DNA of 64,000 bases from the human T2T-CHM13v2.0 reference genome, Homo sapiens. The notes beneath the pieces were generated by a model. That model did no database searches and was not told where the DNA came from. It saw only the letters and a program-made list of their open reading frames with translations. Below, in pieces: positions 1 through 14,754 of the stretch (positions are counted from its first letter, which is position 1; each line of letters opens with the position of its first letter). The DNA is taken from NCBI RefSeq assembly GCF_009914755.1, contig NC_060933.1, one strand, 5' to 3'. A program made the translations under genes and the position numbers.

Positions 1-497
1 TGGTCAGTCCAATTGGTGAACACAGCTCCGGGGCACAGAGGGGTGGCAGCCACGTGGCTCCTGCCTCCCTGACACTCTTCAGTCTCTGCTGTCTTCCCCT
101 AGCTGGGAATGTGTTCTTCTTGCCCCTAAATTTAATAAGCCCTTGTGGTATCTCTGGGAATTGTGGTAAGACTCAGCTTGTCCTGAATTTTTAGTTCTCA
201 CATTGGAGAAAATCATTCATTCTTTTTAGAAATATTTCCTTCATTGTTTGCTTATTTCCAGGACTGTACTCTTGAATATAACTATAGGGTAAAAAATTCC
301 AGGTACTTACCCCCACTAGCTCATCATGCAGTGGAAGAGATAGCTTTCCTATGGGATATTACTGAAGAGGTAGCTGGCCTGGGGAATTCAGGGAAGTAGG
401 GGTCGTATGAGCCCCATTATCTGAGGATACAATGACATTACCTGGTACTTATAATCAATTCAGGACATTATAATAATATTTACCTGGGGAAATGAGC

Positions 498-787
498 TTT
501 TTTTCTTTTTCTTTTTTTTTTTTTTTTGAGACAGTTTCGCTCTTGTTGCCCAGCTGGAGTGCAGTGGCAACATCTGCCTCCCGGGTTCAAGCAATTCTCC
601 TGCCTCAGCCTCCAGAGTTGCTGGGATTATGGGCGTGCACCACGATGCCTGGCTAATTTTGTATTTTTGGTAGAGACAGGGTTTTGCCATGTTGGTCAGG
701 CTGGTCTCGAACTCCTGACCTCAGGTGATCTGCCTTTCTCAGCCTCCCAAAGTGCTGGGATTACAGGCGTGAGCCACCATGCCCGGC
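498..787 (-). mobile_element. AluS with small internal deletion
   Basis: Poly-T then Alu antisense; TSD-like aaatgagc/aaatgatc. Confidence 0.92.
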
Positions 788-1589
788 AAATGATCTGATA
801 TTTTATTACATTATAGCAGCTTTCCAAGAATTTGGTAAACTACAAACCTGTGGACTAATTGTAGTTAATTCCTATACACACTGAAAAGTAATTTGCAGCA
901 TTTTTCTCATTTTGAGTAGGGCTGAAACTCTGCTGAAGGCCTACATATAATCAGCCCATTCTCCAGAAGGGCAGGGCTCTTATTTCAAAATATTGCCTTG
1001 TTCCAAGGCTTCCTCTGTCTCGGAAGTTCTTTATTTGAAGTGCGTTAGGTATTTACTGTGTCGAAGGCTTTCCCACACTGATTATCATCTCAAGGCTTCA
1101 TCAAACCAATGGATCTTTACACTGGCATTCATACTGTCTTTCTAAAATAAGTTTTCGTAACAAACATTTTAAACCAAATCTATGTCATTATGTAGTTATT
1201 ATTTTTTGTTGCTTTGTTTTAGGGTTTTAAAAATTTGTATTTTTTTTTCCCCAAGCCAATCAGATGGCTGACCTGCATGGACTCCTTATCAGAATGATTT
1301 GAAATTATTCTGCTGGGATCTTTGGTTGTTCAGAACCCACTGAGTTGTAATCTGCGTCAGTCTTAGATGACAGAGCCATACCTAGCTTCTCTGAGTTAGT
1401 TACAATCTACTCTGTAAAGCGTTCTAAGGTAGCACTTGTTGTTTTCAGGTTTTCCTCCCGTCACTCGTGCACATTCGGAGATGACATGGTCTACTTAAGC
1501 TTCTGTGTCTCCTTGGTCAGCACCATCATTAGCCCAAGGTCCTAAAAGTGAAATAATGAAGACTTTCCCAATTCTGTGCCTTATTGCTG

Positions 1590-2000
1590 ACACTCAGAGT
1601 CCCCTCAACCTGCTCCTAATTGTCCCTACAAGACACCCGTTCACCTGCCTCCTCACACCCTGTCTTCCTGAGGCCCTTGCACTGCTGGCCTGGCCTGGCA
1701 AGCTGCAGGGTGGACTGCGTGCCCTGCCTCCAGTCTCTTCCTGTCCTGGCTTCTTTCTGAGGCACCTAACTTGTCATTTCATATTGTAACTTTAGAACTC
1801 TTCACAGCGGCCCCGTTGCCTACCCGATGATGACCAGACTTCTTAGCGTAGGAGAATTGTTATCTTCCACAGTCTGAACCTTCGGATCTTCCCAACTTTT
1901 TTTTTCCAACGCACCCCTCCCAGCTCTCCTTATATTTCAGACATTCCAAAGAATTCTGTGTATTTTGAAGCGAGCACATGCGCTTCCACCCCTCTGTTGA
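1590..2000. mobile_element. Degenerate L2 fragment
   Basis: Pyrimidine-rich L2-like motifs; heavily diverged. Confidence 0.45.
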
Positions 2001-2449
2001 TTTGTTTATGGGTTTATGCTTTTCCCTCTCTGCAACACCCCGACCCCACACTGACTCTAGAGCAGAATGGGGCAGTGACTCCGAGAAGGGATTTATACAT
2101 GGACAGGCACAGGCTGTGAATCCCAAAGGGTGCTGTCTACACCTGGAGGGAGATCTAGAGGGTATGGAGGGTCTTCCCAGGATCTGTGAAACCTGGCAGC
2201 TGCTTCCCTGCCACCACAAAAAGGGACACCAACCTAGCAGTTTCAAAAATCCTCAACTGAAGAGGCTTTTCTAGAGGCTTGTAGAAGTGCCCAAGACGCC
2301 AGGTGGTGGTTTATTTTCATTTCCCACTAAAGATCATGAATTCAGTGATCTCTCGAAAAGGAATAGAGCTCTTGGAAGCAGAGCTGACTAGTTAGATGGT
2401 GTTCAGACCCAAATTGGCTGATGCTTGGAATACCTTCTTTGTGCAGGCT

Positions 2450-2590
2450 ACTGTAAGAAAGCACTTTATCCTATTTAATTTTTATAACTTTCTGAGGTAA
2501 GTATTTCCCCCATTTTACAAATGAGGGGCTAAACTCAGATAGACTAGCACTACCTTCCCAAGATCACACGCACCTCTAGCCAGTGGCTGC
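2450..2590 (-). mobile_element. MIR
   Basis: ccccattttacaaatgagg...ccaagatcacac core. Confidence 0.7.
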
Positions 2591-2789
2591 CTGTCTCCCA
2601 CCTTCTGGAACAGTGAATGGAACATGTAAGAGGGAACAGGGTAACAGGAATTTCTGTGTGTGACGGAAGTAGGAAAATCCCAGAAAGGTTAGGAAATCCA
2701 CTTCCCCCACCATTTTTAGAGAACTATGTTATTTTTCCGAATGAGGTTCCAAACATAACCCCGTGTAATCTTCCTAACAAGGCAGGTTG

Positions 2790-2898
2790 GTGAGGAGACT
2801 GAGGCTTGGCCAGGTCACCCAGCCTAGGAAGAAGGAGCCGGGCGGGGACGAGAACCCAGGTCTTCTGACTCTAGTGTTCTTTCTACTCTACCGCAGGT
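2790..2898 (-). mobile_element. MIR (antisense), overlapping the cassette-exon branch point and acceptor
   Basis: gaggagactgaggc...aggtcacccagc...gaacccaggtcttctgactc...gttctttctactctacc resembles the reverse-complemented MIR head and core. Confidence 0.75.
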
Positions 2899-2950
2899 GT
2901 AACGTGGAGAAGGTGCCCAGTAATTCTCAGTTGGAAATAGAAGGAAACAG
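2897..2950 (+). CDS. SMARCA2: SMARCA2 54-nt alternative cassette exon, (R)CNVEKVPSNSQLEIEGN(S), an 18-aa insertion in the bromodomain
   Basis: ccgcag| acceptor and CAG|gtcagg donor; phase 2-2 and frame-preserving; peptide matches the insert distinguishing the long (1590 aa) from the short (1572 aa) BRM isoform. Confidence 0.95.
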
Positions 2951-4989
2951 GTCAGGATCTGTCTTGTATTCCCCTATCTCTAAATACAGCTATCCCTCGT
3001 TACGTGAAACAGATTGAATCATATAATCGGCCTTTGGAAGCAAATTTCTTCGGTCACCTCCTGATCACCCCTACTTGGAGAGCGGGATAGAGGCACAGAT
3101 ACTCTTAAACAGCTGTCATGGCTTCTGAAGTTGTTGGTGCTGTATTTTAATCTGGCTGTGCCAATTCTATACATGCACTCCTTACAAGGGTATTGGGAGC
3201 TCCTGGAAAGCCCGCCCTAACTGCAGCATCTTGGAGATGGGTTTCTGTTGCTTCCCCCTCCCTTCCAGCGCAGCTTCTGTTGTGTGTTCCTTGGGCCTCT
3301 TTAACTCTGTGCTGTCTTGGTTTAGAAGCTTAATGCGAAGCACCTGTAGTGACTTGATCTCCTGCGAGACATGAAGAAGCGTGCATGTTCACGCTGTGTC
3401 TGCATTCCAGAGTTGATCATGGCATGCAGAGGGCAATTGCTGAGTTGTCTCTTGTTTGTGTGATGGGTTGGGTTTCAGGGTGTGACTCCTGGGCCTACCT
3501 GTTGTGTGTAGTCCCAAGCATCTAAAGCCAGTCTCTTTCAACCTCTGTGTGCCTTTGCTTCTGTTGGGTAGAAAGCAGAAATGCTTTTCTCCTAGAGATA
3601 GTGTGAATATTAGATGACATTGGTTGAGCTGGAGAGATGGATGTGCATGATACGCCAAGGCTAGGAGCTCTTATTAATATAAGAGAGATAACATTTCTTT
3701 CTCCATTTCGGTCAACCTGTACTTAAAAAAAAAGTTGATACAGTGCTTTACCATCCATATTTCAATTTTTTCAGCTGACCCAATAACATCCTTTACAACA
3801 TTTTTTCCACCAGCATAGGATCCAATCTAGGACTGGAGAGAGAGAATTGAGGATGTATCGTGTATTTCAGAATGAACACAGATCACTGGTTGTGGTATTC
3901 TTCTTTATATAAGGAGATTAAAAACTAGTGGTGATTTATACTTATACTTATCCATTTTTGTGTGGAGATGAAACTGTCGGGCAAGATTGTCAATTTTTGA
4001 TATTTCTTATTGCAGTCCAGTAAACAATGACTAATCCTGGAAACCAGGCACATAAACTATAATGTCCATTGAGAAACGTCAGGAATTTTGTTCTGTATTT
4101 GCCATTATGAGAAAGAACTCAGTCTGGATTCTGACTTGGAGATTGAAACAACGAATAGTTGACTTCATAAGTTTGGGCAGTTTAAATAATCAACCAACTT
4201 GGGTAAATATTTCCACCCCTAATACCTAGAAAGGAGGCCTTAGGGCTAAATGGCATGATGTAAGCTGAATGCCCTGCCCAGGAAACAGGGACAGGCAGGA
4301 GCTCCTTTCCCTCTTTGCCCTCTTCCATCAAGATGGTCATGTGACCACGAAAAGTAGATCAATAACTTTAAAGGCTATTTATTTCAAGTCCCCAGTGCCA
4401 TGCCCAGGCTTTTTGAGGGGAGATGACATGACGGTATATGGTTAGGAACTAGATAAATTCATTTTCACTAAAGACACATTTAAACTGTAATTTCCAGAGA
4501 CATAGCAGTGGGCTTGGTGTTTGCTTCCTCAGGGCTCTCTGGAGTCTGTCTTGTCCCTTGCTGTCTGTCACACACACTTCTTTTTCCCATAAGCCTGAGC
4601 TGACAACATGGTGTTTGGAGATTGTATTATGATGAATTAACCCTTTCTTCAGAAGAGCTTTTAAAAAATCTTTGCTTCAGTGGTCAAAAGAGGCTCTTTG
4701 TAAGTACTGAAAATGGAAAAAAAAAAATGAATTAAATGGAGTTATTTAAAGCACAATTGGAAAGAGCTATGTCAACAAATAATGCAAGTACCTGGTATGA
4801 ATGACACATATACACAGGGTGGGATGGGAAGGGATGGGGCAGGAGTGGAGAGCGCTTCTAACTGGCTGTGAGCAGAGTGGGAGTTTCTCAAACAGACGGG
4901 TGAAGGGAGGATGGGTGGGGGGGCAGAGCTTGTGGTGGTATGTGCGGGAAGGGGGGATGTAGCCATGGAGGCTTGGAAAGCAGTCCCCC

Positions 4990-5640
4990 TCTAGAGACTA
5001 CACCATCTCAGTGTGACCAGCTCATTGGAGACAAAGGAAGACTGGGACAGCCTGGATGAGGCTGGAGAAGCCTGAGAACAGATCCCGGAGGGCCTTGAAC
5101 ACCAAGCTGAGGAGGAATTTTGATGTACTCTTCTAGGAGTGGGGTCTTGAGGGCAACCTGTAGTCATCGCAGTGACTGTTACGAGCACTGTTTCAAGGAG
5201 GCCAACGGAGAGCACACCTGAGTTCTGGGCGTGAGCGTGCAGGGACCAGTGTGTGATGTCTGTCATGTGGGAGAGGGGAGGTGACACCCAGGGAGCCGAC
5301 ATCAGCCCTGCAGTGGAAAGTAGATAGCCAAGAGAGGATCATGGGGATACAGTGAGATTTGTGTTCGGAAATGTCACTGATAGTCTGTGAAGGATGGATC
5401 GAAGGAGGCATACATTAGGAGAATGTTGTCTGGTAGTGGAGGAAGATAGTCCTTAAAATAAGGAAGTGGCAGTAGGTAGGAAGACAAGGGAATAAATATT
5501 CAGAGGTAGGATTGACAAGACTTAGGGGCAGTCTGGATGTGTGAGGAGGAGGAGGAAGAGAACTCACATAGCTCTTGGATCTCTGCCCTGAGTGATCAGT
5601 GAACAGCGGTGCCATTTACAGAAATGAAGGTGGCAGGAAA
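4990..5640. mobile_element. L2 fragment
   Basis: Purine-rich L2 3'-region motifs (cagatcccggagggccttg; ggtgccatttacagaaatg). Confidence 0.55.
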
Positions 5641-6258
5641 ATTGGTGTGTGTGAAGGCACTTGTATGTATGTGTGTGTGCACATGTGCATGTATGTAGTT
5701 ACCTGGCCCTGCATACACCATCACAGGACAGCTGAACTCTCTACTTGGCCATTAGCAGCCCTTGATGTTGTGATTATGTTGTTAGTATTGACTGCTCTTT
5801 CAGGACCAGCCAACAGGCTCTTGTAGGCAAAATTTATTTTTAGTACCAGACATCTTGTATTACTGTAAATGAGAGCGAGAGGCTGTAATGATAGCTCTCA
5901 AGCCCAAGCACCTCTGCATTTAGTGGCTCTAATTTCATTATAGAGAAATTACCATGCAATAGCACTGTGACCAATTAGATACACTTCTGGGAAATTTTAG
6001 GTGTAGGTGAAGCACCTTTTTTCATTCATTCTCTGTTTCTGATAGTTTGGACCCAGAATCAAGCTGACAGTTTATCGTGTAGAGTAGCAGCCTCCTGAGG
6101 TCAGCGCCTCATGCATTGTCTGGTGCATGAGCATTTCATGATGCTTCCCAGAGTGAGTTCTTCCAACTCTAGCCTTCCTACTCCTTCTTGGAGATTCCCA
6201 GTACAGCCAGAGGCCCTGGGAAGTCTTGCTGTAAAGTCAGCTGTTTAACTGCTTAACC

Positions 6259-6361
6259 CAGCATCTCCCAAACTTATTTGACCAAAGAACCCCCTTTTCA
6301 CGGGACACTGTTACTAATCCATTAAGCTAGTGTTCTGTGGAGCACACTTTGGGAAATGCTG
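6259..6361. mobile_element. hAT-Charlie-type MITE
   Basis: TIRs cagcatctcccaaa ... tttgggaaatgctg. Confidence 0.65.
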
Positions 6362-7116
6362 AATTGGAGCCCAAATATTACATTCAGTGCAGAGAGAATC
6401 TGCTCGGAGATGTGGACTCCAGTGCTTTATTTTGCCCTCATTACAAATATTGATACTTTAAATGTTTGCTGAAACAGGCTGCTTTGACTCTTGGTGACTC
6501 GATACTTATTTATGGTGCTCAGCCAGTTATGCCCACGTACAGCAGGTGGGCAGCCCACAAATAAACTTAGTCCGTCTGTTTCCCGAGACACAGAATGCTT
6601 CCCCTTATCTTCCAGCATTAGCCTGGCCCTGAAGCCCCTCTTTCGAGGGTCTCTGCCTCTCAAGCTCCAGGCCAACACCAGCATAAAGGACCCCTCTCTG
6701 AAGGAAGGGAAGGAGGCTCAGCTGGAAATAACAAAATGGATTTTCTTACAGGGCTGACACACTGTTTTCCAAACCACTCTATAAATGTTTTGATTAAAAA
6801 GGGATTGCTCTGAGAGATCGCAGTTATTTGGATATATATATGTCCTTGTATATTAATGGGGGAAAAAAATCTGTCTCACTCCTTTAGAATCACACCTAAT
6901 ATGTCTTCCTTGAGGATTTATTACAACAGCCATTGTAGGAAAAAGCAGCACTCCGGTGCCTGCCACGACCCACCCATTTAACAAAGCAGCGTGTGGGACT
7001 TGGGCACAGATGGAGAGGCATTTGATTTTGTCTGCAGAAGCTTTGTGCTTTTTAATTTGGTCGCAATTCAGCCAAAAGCTTTGAAGCATTTTACCATTAA
7101 GAAATGGGGAAGCAAA

Positions 7117-7403
7117 GGCCAGGCACAGTGGCTCACACCTGTAATTCCCAGCACTTTGGGAGGCCGAGGCAAGCGGATTGCTTCAGCTCAGGAGTCCGAG
7201 ACCACCCGAGGCAAGATGGTGGAAGCCTGTCTCTACAAAAATGCAAAAATGAGCTGGGTGTGGTGGCATACTCCAGTAGTCCTGGCTACTTAGGAGGCTG
7301 AGATGGGAGGATTGCTTGAGCCTGGGAGGTCGAGGCTACAGTGCAGTGAGCCCTGATCGTGCTACTGCAGTCCAGCCTGGGGGACAGAGTGAGACCCTCT
7401 CTC

Positions 7404-7432
<29 letters not shown>
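7117..7432 (+). mobile_element. AluJ
   Basis: ggccaggcacagtggctca start, A-tail, degenerate TSD aagaaatgg/aggaaatgg. Confidence 0.92.
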
Positions 7433-7434
<2 letters not shown>

Positions 7435-8339
7435 AAATGGAGAGGCAGGAAAGGATCAAAGGACAGGATATTCAGTGGAAGGGAACGTGTGGGTTCTTAC
7501 ATTTTGAAAGACAGGGACGCTTTGAGTCATGAGCGCGTGTAACGTCTACAAGGTGGGGTGGGAAAAACTGTAGAAATGGCCGGCTGAGGAAGCTGCGGGT
7601 CATCCGGTGTCTGTCTGTCATCACATTTAGTCAGATGGGCAGTGGAGTTCTGTACCTGCACCCACTGTTATGAAACGTCAAGTGAGAAAGAGGGCAGAAA
7701 AGTAGCCATCCTAAGACAGTATTTCCGAAAGCTGAGTGATAGCTGACAAATCTACTCAAAAACATTTTTTGAAAATGCTTGTCCCCGCCCCCCCCCAACA
7801 ATACACACACAAAAACACTCTCTGGATCTTACGTCCTGTTTCAAGCACCTTTGCTTTGTAGTAATAAATGCAATGGGAGAATCCTGAAGAAATGCATAGA
7901 AACTGAAAAGAAGATTCTGATGGTTGCAACATACAACATATTAAAACTTTTGTGTAATGATTGTATTCTTTTATTTGTTTGGCTTTATGTGATAGTTAAA
8001 AAGTGCCAGTTGGTAAAACGTGCTGCTTATGGTGATAAAAATAAAGGTTGGTCCTATGATCCTTAAACGTAATTTCTTTGGAAAAATAAAATTAGATATT
8101 TGACTTATGGCATGTTTTCAATGAAGGTAACCCAATTAAAGTGTTTGTTGGGACCTACTTTATTTATGGATAAAATGGTTCTAAATTACATTCAATCATA
8201 AATCTTCATTTTGGTGAATAAGAGTAAATTATTATTTTTCATTATGCTTTGGCATATCTCCTTCTGGTCGTTTTTCAATGCCTTTTTTAAATCCTTGTTG
8301 AGGTTGAAGTTGTACTGCACTACAATTTGATATCCTCTG

Positions 8340-8850
<511 letters not shown>

Positions 8851-9039
8851 TAGATTACCAAAAGTAAAATCATGCATCAGAGTGTGATTGTTTTTAAGAC
8901 TCTAGACAAAGTCTTGGTGCCTTTCTTATTGAGCTGAGTGAACCCTTTTCAGTCTCCTAACAGGGAACTTTGTTTGTCTTGGTAACTCAGGGACATTATT
9001 TATCTGTAGTCCTTTATGACTATTAGGGTGATTTTTTTG

Positions 9040-9335
9040 GTGGTGTTGAGACAACAAAGTCAGCTCTGTTGACCAGGCTGGACTGCAGGGGCATGATCTC
9101 AGCTCGCTGCGACCTCTGCCTCCTGGGCTCAAGCGATCCTCCCACCTCAGCCTCCCAAGTAGCTTGGGACTACAGGCACATGCCACCACGCCTGGCTAAG
9201 TTTTGTATTTTTTTTTTTTGTAGAGATGAGGTTTCTCCATGTTGTCTGTGCTGGTCTTGAATTCCTGAGCTCAAGTGATCAGCCTGCCTCAGCCTCCCAT
9301 AGGGCGGGGATTGCAGGTGTGAGCCACTGTGCCCC
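9040..9335 (-). mobile_element. AluJ
   Basis: gggctcaagcgatcctccc J-type; flanking repeat tagggtgatttt/tggggtgatttt. Confidence 0.9.
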
Positions 9336-9967
9336 AACATTGGGGTGATTTTAACAGCTACTGATTCCATGACCCAAACAAGTCTACTCCCATCCCACCC
9401 TGTTTTGCTCTTGCTTCAAGGGTCTAGGTGATGATATTTCCAAACTTGTTAGGAATTATCACCAATCAATACTCAATAAGGCTGAGATGAGAGATCTCAG
9501 TAGCAAATATGGAGTGCAGATGCTTGTAACACCTGCTTCATGACTGGCTCAGGTTTCTGCAGGCTCTCTTGATAAGTAGGGGCACTAATGTGGTCTAGTA
9601 AATTCTTCAATGATATATATTAAACTTCATAGGAACCTGAACCTGAAAAGCAGCAGCACACTTCACCTACTGCCCTGCAGTGTTGACCCAATTTTTAAAG
9701 TTTTCTTCCCAAACGACTTTGCTATGTTTGATTCCTTTAGGATTGTGATAGCTTTTCTGTAAAATCCTTCCAACCTCAAGTGAGTATTCTAAATCATGAC
9801 ATCATTTTCTAATTGAAGTAAGATAGTCACATTTTAACCCTTATTAATATAAACAATTTATTTCAGCTATGATTAAGATTTCTTTCTCAGCACTATCTAT
9901 TAGGTATTCTGGTCAACAGATCAGCTTGAGCAGGTAAAAAAGAAAAACCATAAAAGACCCTCACTAA

Positions 9968-10399
<432 letters not shown>

Positions 10400-13300
10400 T
10401 AAAGCTGACATTTATGTAAAGTTTATAATGTATGCAGTCACCAGTTTAGAGTCATAGTATAGATGTGGAATTATACTTTTGGTTTGTGGAGGTAATGAGG
10501 AAAAAAAAAAACGGTTCCCAGATGAAGCATAACAAATTAAATCTCAGTAGTGTGTGTATATAAGCCATGCATACAGGAGTTCAAACTACCACTTGCACAG
10601 TGGTATGTGGCTCTTTTCCATCTCGTACTCTATGGTCTCATGGCCACGTCGCGGTGTCTGTTCACTTCCATGAAGAGGAGAGGTTCTTGTCCACCAACAC
10701 CTGTGAACCGTAAGACCAGTGAGTGCCTTTAAACTTGTATTTCAAGTTGTACCCCTCCCCCACTTACCCCATGTCTCATCAGAGCCATACTTTCTAGCCT
10801 GAGGTAGATCATTACGTAAAATCCATCCGATGTCACAGGCCATCAGTGGTCTTGGGGAGGGGGTCTCATTTTTGTCTGGGAAGTAGTGTACTTTCCAAGT
10901 AGCAATTTATATTTAGGCCTTAAATTGTGTAAAATGACATAATGGAAAACACCTTGGGATAGGATAAGCATTTCAACAGAAACAGAACACCTTCTGTAAA
11001 CAACATTGTACAATTAGACTATTGTTCTGTACTTAAAAAGGAAAAAAGCAACTTTCTGGCCGGGGGCAGGGTGGTGCATAGAAAACCACCACATTTCAAA
11101 AGGTGTATTAAAAAAAAGCCCTCGCTCAGCTCAAATTAGAGAAAGAAATGACAAGAATTCAGAACTGTCAGGCTGCTTCACTTCCTTTTTTGTTTGTTTG
11201 TTTAATTTTTTTTTAACCTGTAATTTAGGAAAAAAATAAATTACTCCAGCAAGTGTTCGTGCTACCTCAAGGTATTCTATAGGTAATGTGGAAGCTAGGT
11301 ACTGCCCAGGACCTCCTGGCTTTGTCTGCCGAAGCTGGCCATCCAATCCCTTGCTCTGGGAGGGAGGGGGATGAGTTTGATGTCTGTAAGAGAACCCCAC
11401 CCTGTAGGGAGGAGAGAAACAATAACACACATGGAAGAATTAGGTTCTGAGCAATGAGGGGACTGAGAGTAAGTGTAGTTGATATTTAGGAGAATTTCCT
11501 CCATTTTTCTGGACAATGGGTTCTTGGTCCTGGAGGGATAAGGAAATACTTGGAGAGGAGAAAAAACCACAGAGAACTTTCCAGCTATGGAGTGAGAGCT
11601 AGGTCAGGCCTGGAGACCTGGAATGGGTCATAAAGAGGGGATTGCCCATGAAAGTTGGGGGTACACAGTAGAGACTCTCCTGACTAGAAGAGAAGTGTGT
11701 TGGTGGTACCAGTTGGGTTTTTAGAGAATGAGGACATATCCTGGAGGGCTTTGGAAGCCAGACTCTGAGATATTTCAGTGATGATGGAAACAACATATCC
11801 CAAGAAGTCTTCCATAGATAACTTCCAGGTCCTCCTTTTGCCTTTGTCCTTTATTCTTAGGAGAGGAAAAAAGAAAGTGGGATAGGTATATTAAGTCCAG
11901 TGAGCCTTTATTTTTTAAACAGAATAAATGTGTTTATTTCTCATTTTACAGTATTGGCCCCAAGTCTCAGAGCATTCAGCTCTCTTCTTTATGAGCATAG
12001 AGAACTCTGGACTTGTCTCCTTATGGGGTTTAGAATTTTTAGGGTCTTACTGAAGACAGAGATGTCATACCTAGATTGTTTTAGCCTTACCCCTTAGAGC
12101 TTTGTTGCACTATCGGTCACAAACTGCTTATTTCTTATTTATTTCACCAGTAGCACAGTTAAAATTAAGAGTGTGTCCATCACAGGTGTACAGAGATGTG
12201 CCTGTACTCCATCAATAGAAACATGACACCATCTGTTGGCAATGTAGAAGATGACACCATGAAGATGTGTCATTGAGGGAGAGTCAGGTGTTAAATCCGC
12301 GATTACAAAGAGGTCTGACTTTTGGGGTGCTGCTAGCTGATAAAGAATGCTCATTAAGCAAGTTGCTCTCTACAAATTACTCTCACTGCATTTCATAGGC
12401 ACCTTTTCAAACAGATAAAATGTTTGGGTGTATAAATCTCAGAATGGTAGGAAAAGAACAGACCAGAAATTGTGGCCCTGTGTTGAAGGTGATGGTAAAT
12501 AAAATAGTTCTTGTCATATACTATGTGGCATAAGTTAGGGAAGGACGAACGCATTTCTCGAAGAGATGTGAGGGGTAGGGGTGGTTGAGAGGGTGAGAGA
12601 ACACCTTGGTTCTTGCTGCAGTGATCCAGAAATCCAATTCCTGAGTAAAATGCAGTCTTCTTAAACCTCTTGCGTTCACCCCTGATTTTCGTACTCATGA
12701 GGCCCATATGTGCATTAAAAAAATAAAACAAAAACGATGACCCAGTGTAGCAGAAAAACTAGCCCATCTCTTTGACAGAGGATTTTCGGTTAATTTATGC
12801 AGGCCTCTTTGCACTTCAGCATTTTTTCCACTGGTTGCTAAGCAACTGTTTGAGTTACTGCGCATGCCTTTTTTATGATAACTGTCATTATGATTACTTT
12901 TTAATTATACAACTGGGACTGTGGATTAAAACAGCATGTTGTCACTCATGCTTTGCCACTGCCTTCTAGTATTCTCACAAGCTCCTAGAATCACCTTCTG
13001 AAATTTTTATGGCAGCGATTTATGATTAATTTTTGATATTTCTGGCTTCACAAAGGAAGTAGAGATGGCATCCTAAGGGGAGCGAGACTTTTGTGAAAAA
13101 TGACTGTATCACACACCACAAGCTGTTATTGATCTGAGTAGACCAAATCAGATATTAGGATCTTGAACCTAAACTGTGAATCTCTTTGTGCCTTTAACCA
13201 CATCTGCTTCCAACAGTAAGTGATGTTAAAAGCTCATATGCTTTGTAGCCTGTGTTTGAAAATTACAAAAATGCTAAGCATTTGTTGCTATTGAACCTGC

Positions 13301-14052
13301 TTTCAAATAAACTTACCATGAATTTGGGGGAGGGTACAGCACTAATCCCAGAAATGTGAAGCATCCACACTTAAGCTTGTGAAACATGTTCTTCTTTCAC
13401 CCAAATTGCTCTACACACACACAATGGCAGTTAGGCAAGATGAAGGGGTTCCTCTGGCAAGTAATAATAAAGGTATGTGTGGTTTACAGTATGTAAAATA
13501 CCCTAAAGGAATAAGACCAAGAAAATAGTCAGCCAGTAGGTACGTACGAAGGCTTTTCACTTGAGTTTCCAGAGTATATTCTAACATATTATTTTGAGTT
13601 ACTTTCTAAATACAATGTGAATTTGAAAACAAAGGAGTATGGAAATACAATGTTTAAATATGTATATTTTTATATATATGTATGTGTATATATATATACA
13701 TATATATTTACCAATTCATTTAAAAATGAAATTTTTAGCTAACAAGGATATTTTAAATATTTCTATCAAAATAAAGAGATATATTTGCTCTGAAAGGGAA
13801 ATCCACAGTGTATTTCCCATATTGTATGTGTGACAGAAGTGGGGACCAAATTGTATTTTACTGTGATCTTAAAATTATCACAAGGGACATCAATCTCCAA
13901 TAGAGTTGTGGGATTTTTCCTGACTTAAAAAGCTCCATATCTATATGCGTGGAATATAATTTACTTTGTTGACATGTTCTGAAATAAAAATAAAACCTTT
14001 CCTCAGTAATGTTTGATGTGGCTTGTTTTTGTTTGTTTCACCCATCCTACAG

Positions 14053-14158
14053 TTCAGGGCGACAGCTCAGTGAAGTCTTCATTCAGTTACCTTCAAGGAA
14101 AGAATTACCAGAATACTATGAATTAATTAGGAAGCCAGTGGATTTCAAAAAAATAAAG
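14053..14158 (+). CDS. SMARCA2: SMARCA2 exon, bromodomain ZA loop/helix A: [35 protein letters not shown]
   Basis: cctacag| acceptor, AAG|gtagat donor; recognisable BRM bromodomain sequence. Confidence 0.97.
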
Positions 14159-14559
14159 GTAGATATTTTGTTTACCAACTTTATTCTTCAAGTAAATAAA
14201 GGAGCAGTGTAAAGTCATTGAAATGGTTGTAGTTGGAGCTGACCGCCACTGATGGGTACCCAGGGCTCGCGACAGGAAAGGTTGGGATGTCCTTGTGCTT
14301 TTCCGTGAGTGTTACTTAATCATGTTGAGAGCTCACGTTATATTGCATTTTATTGAAGAGCTTTCAGGCTCCCTGCTCCCCCTGCCCACATTATTGCTCT
14401 TCTCATTTCCCATCATATGCTCCTCCTTGGCAAAAGGAATGACAGTGGGAGTGGGAGGGTGGACTTGGTGAATGGCGCCCCCTGGGGTTATGCAGTCCCA
14501 GATCCCTGGCAGGGCTTTATGCTGTGAAGACAAAGGGAAAATCGGGCTTTGTTAACTAA

Positions 14560-14754
<195 letters not shown>

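Noticed and set aside
13655-13710. (TA)-rich tract and other microsatellites
   Set aside because: Ordinary low-complexity sequence
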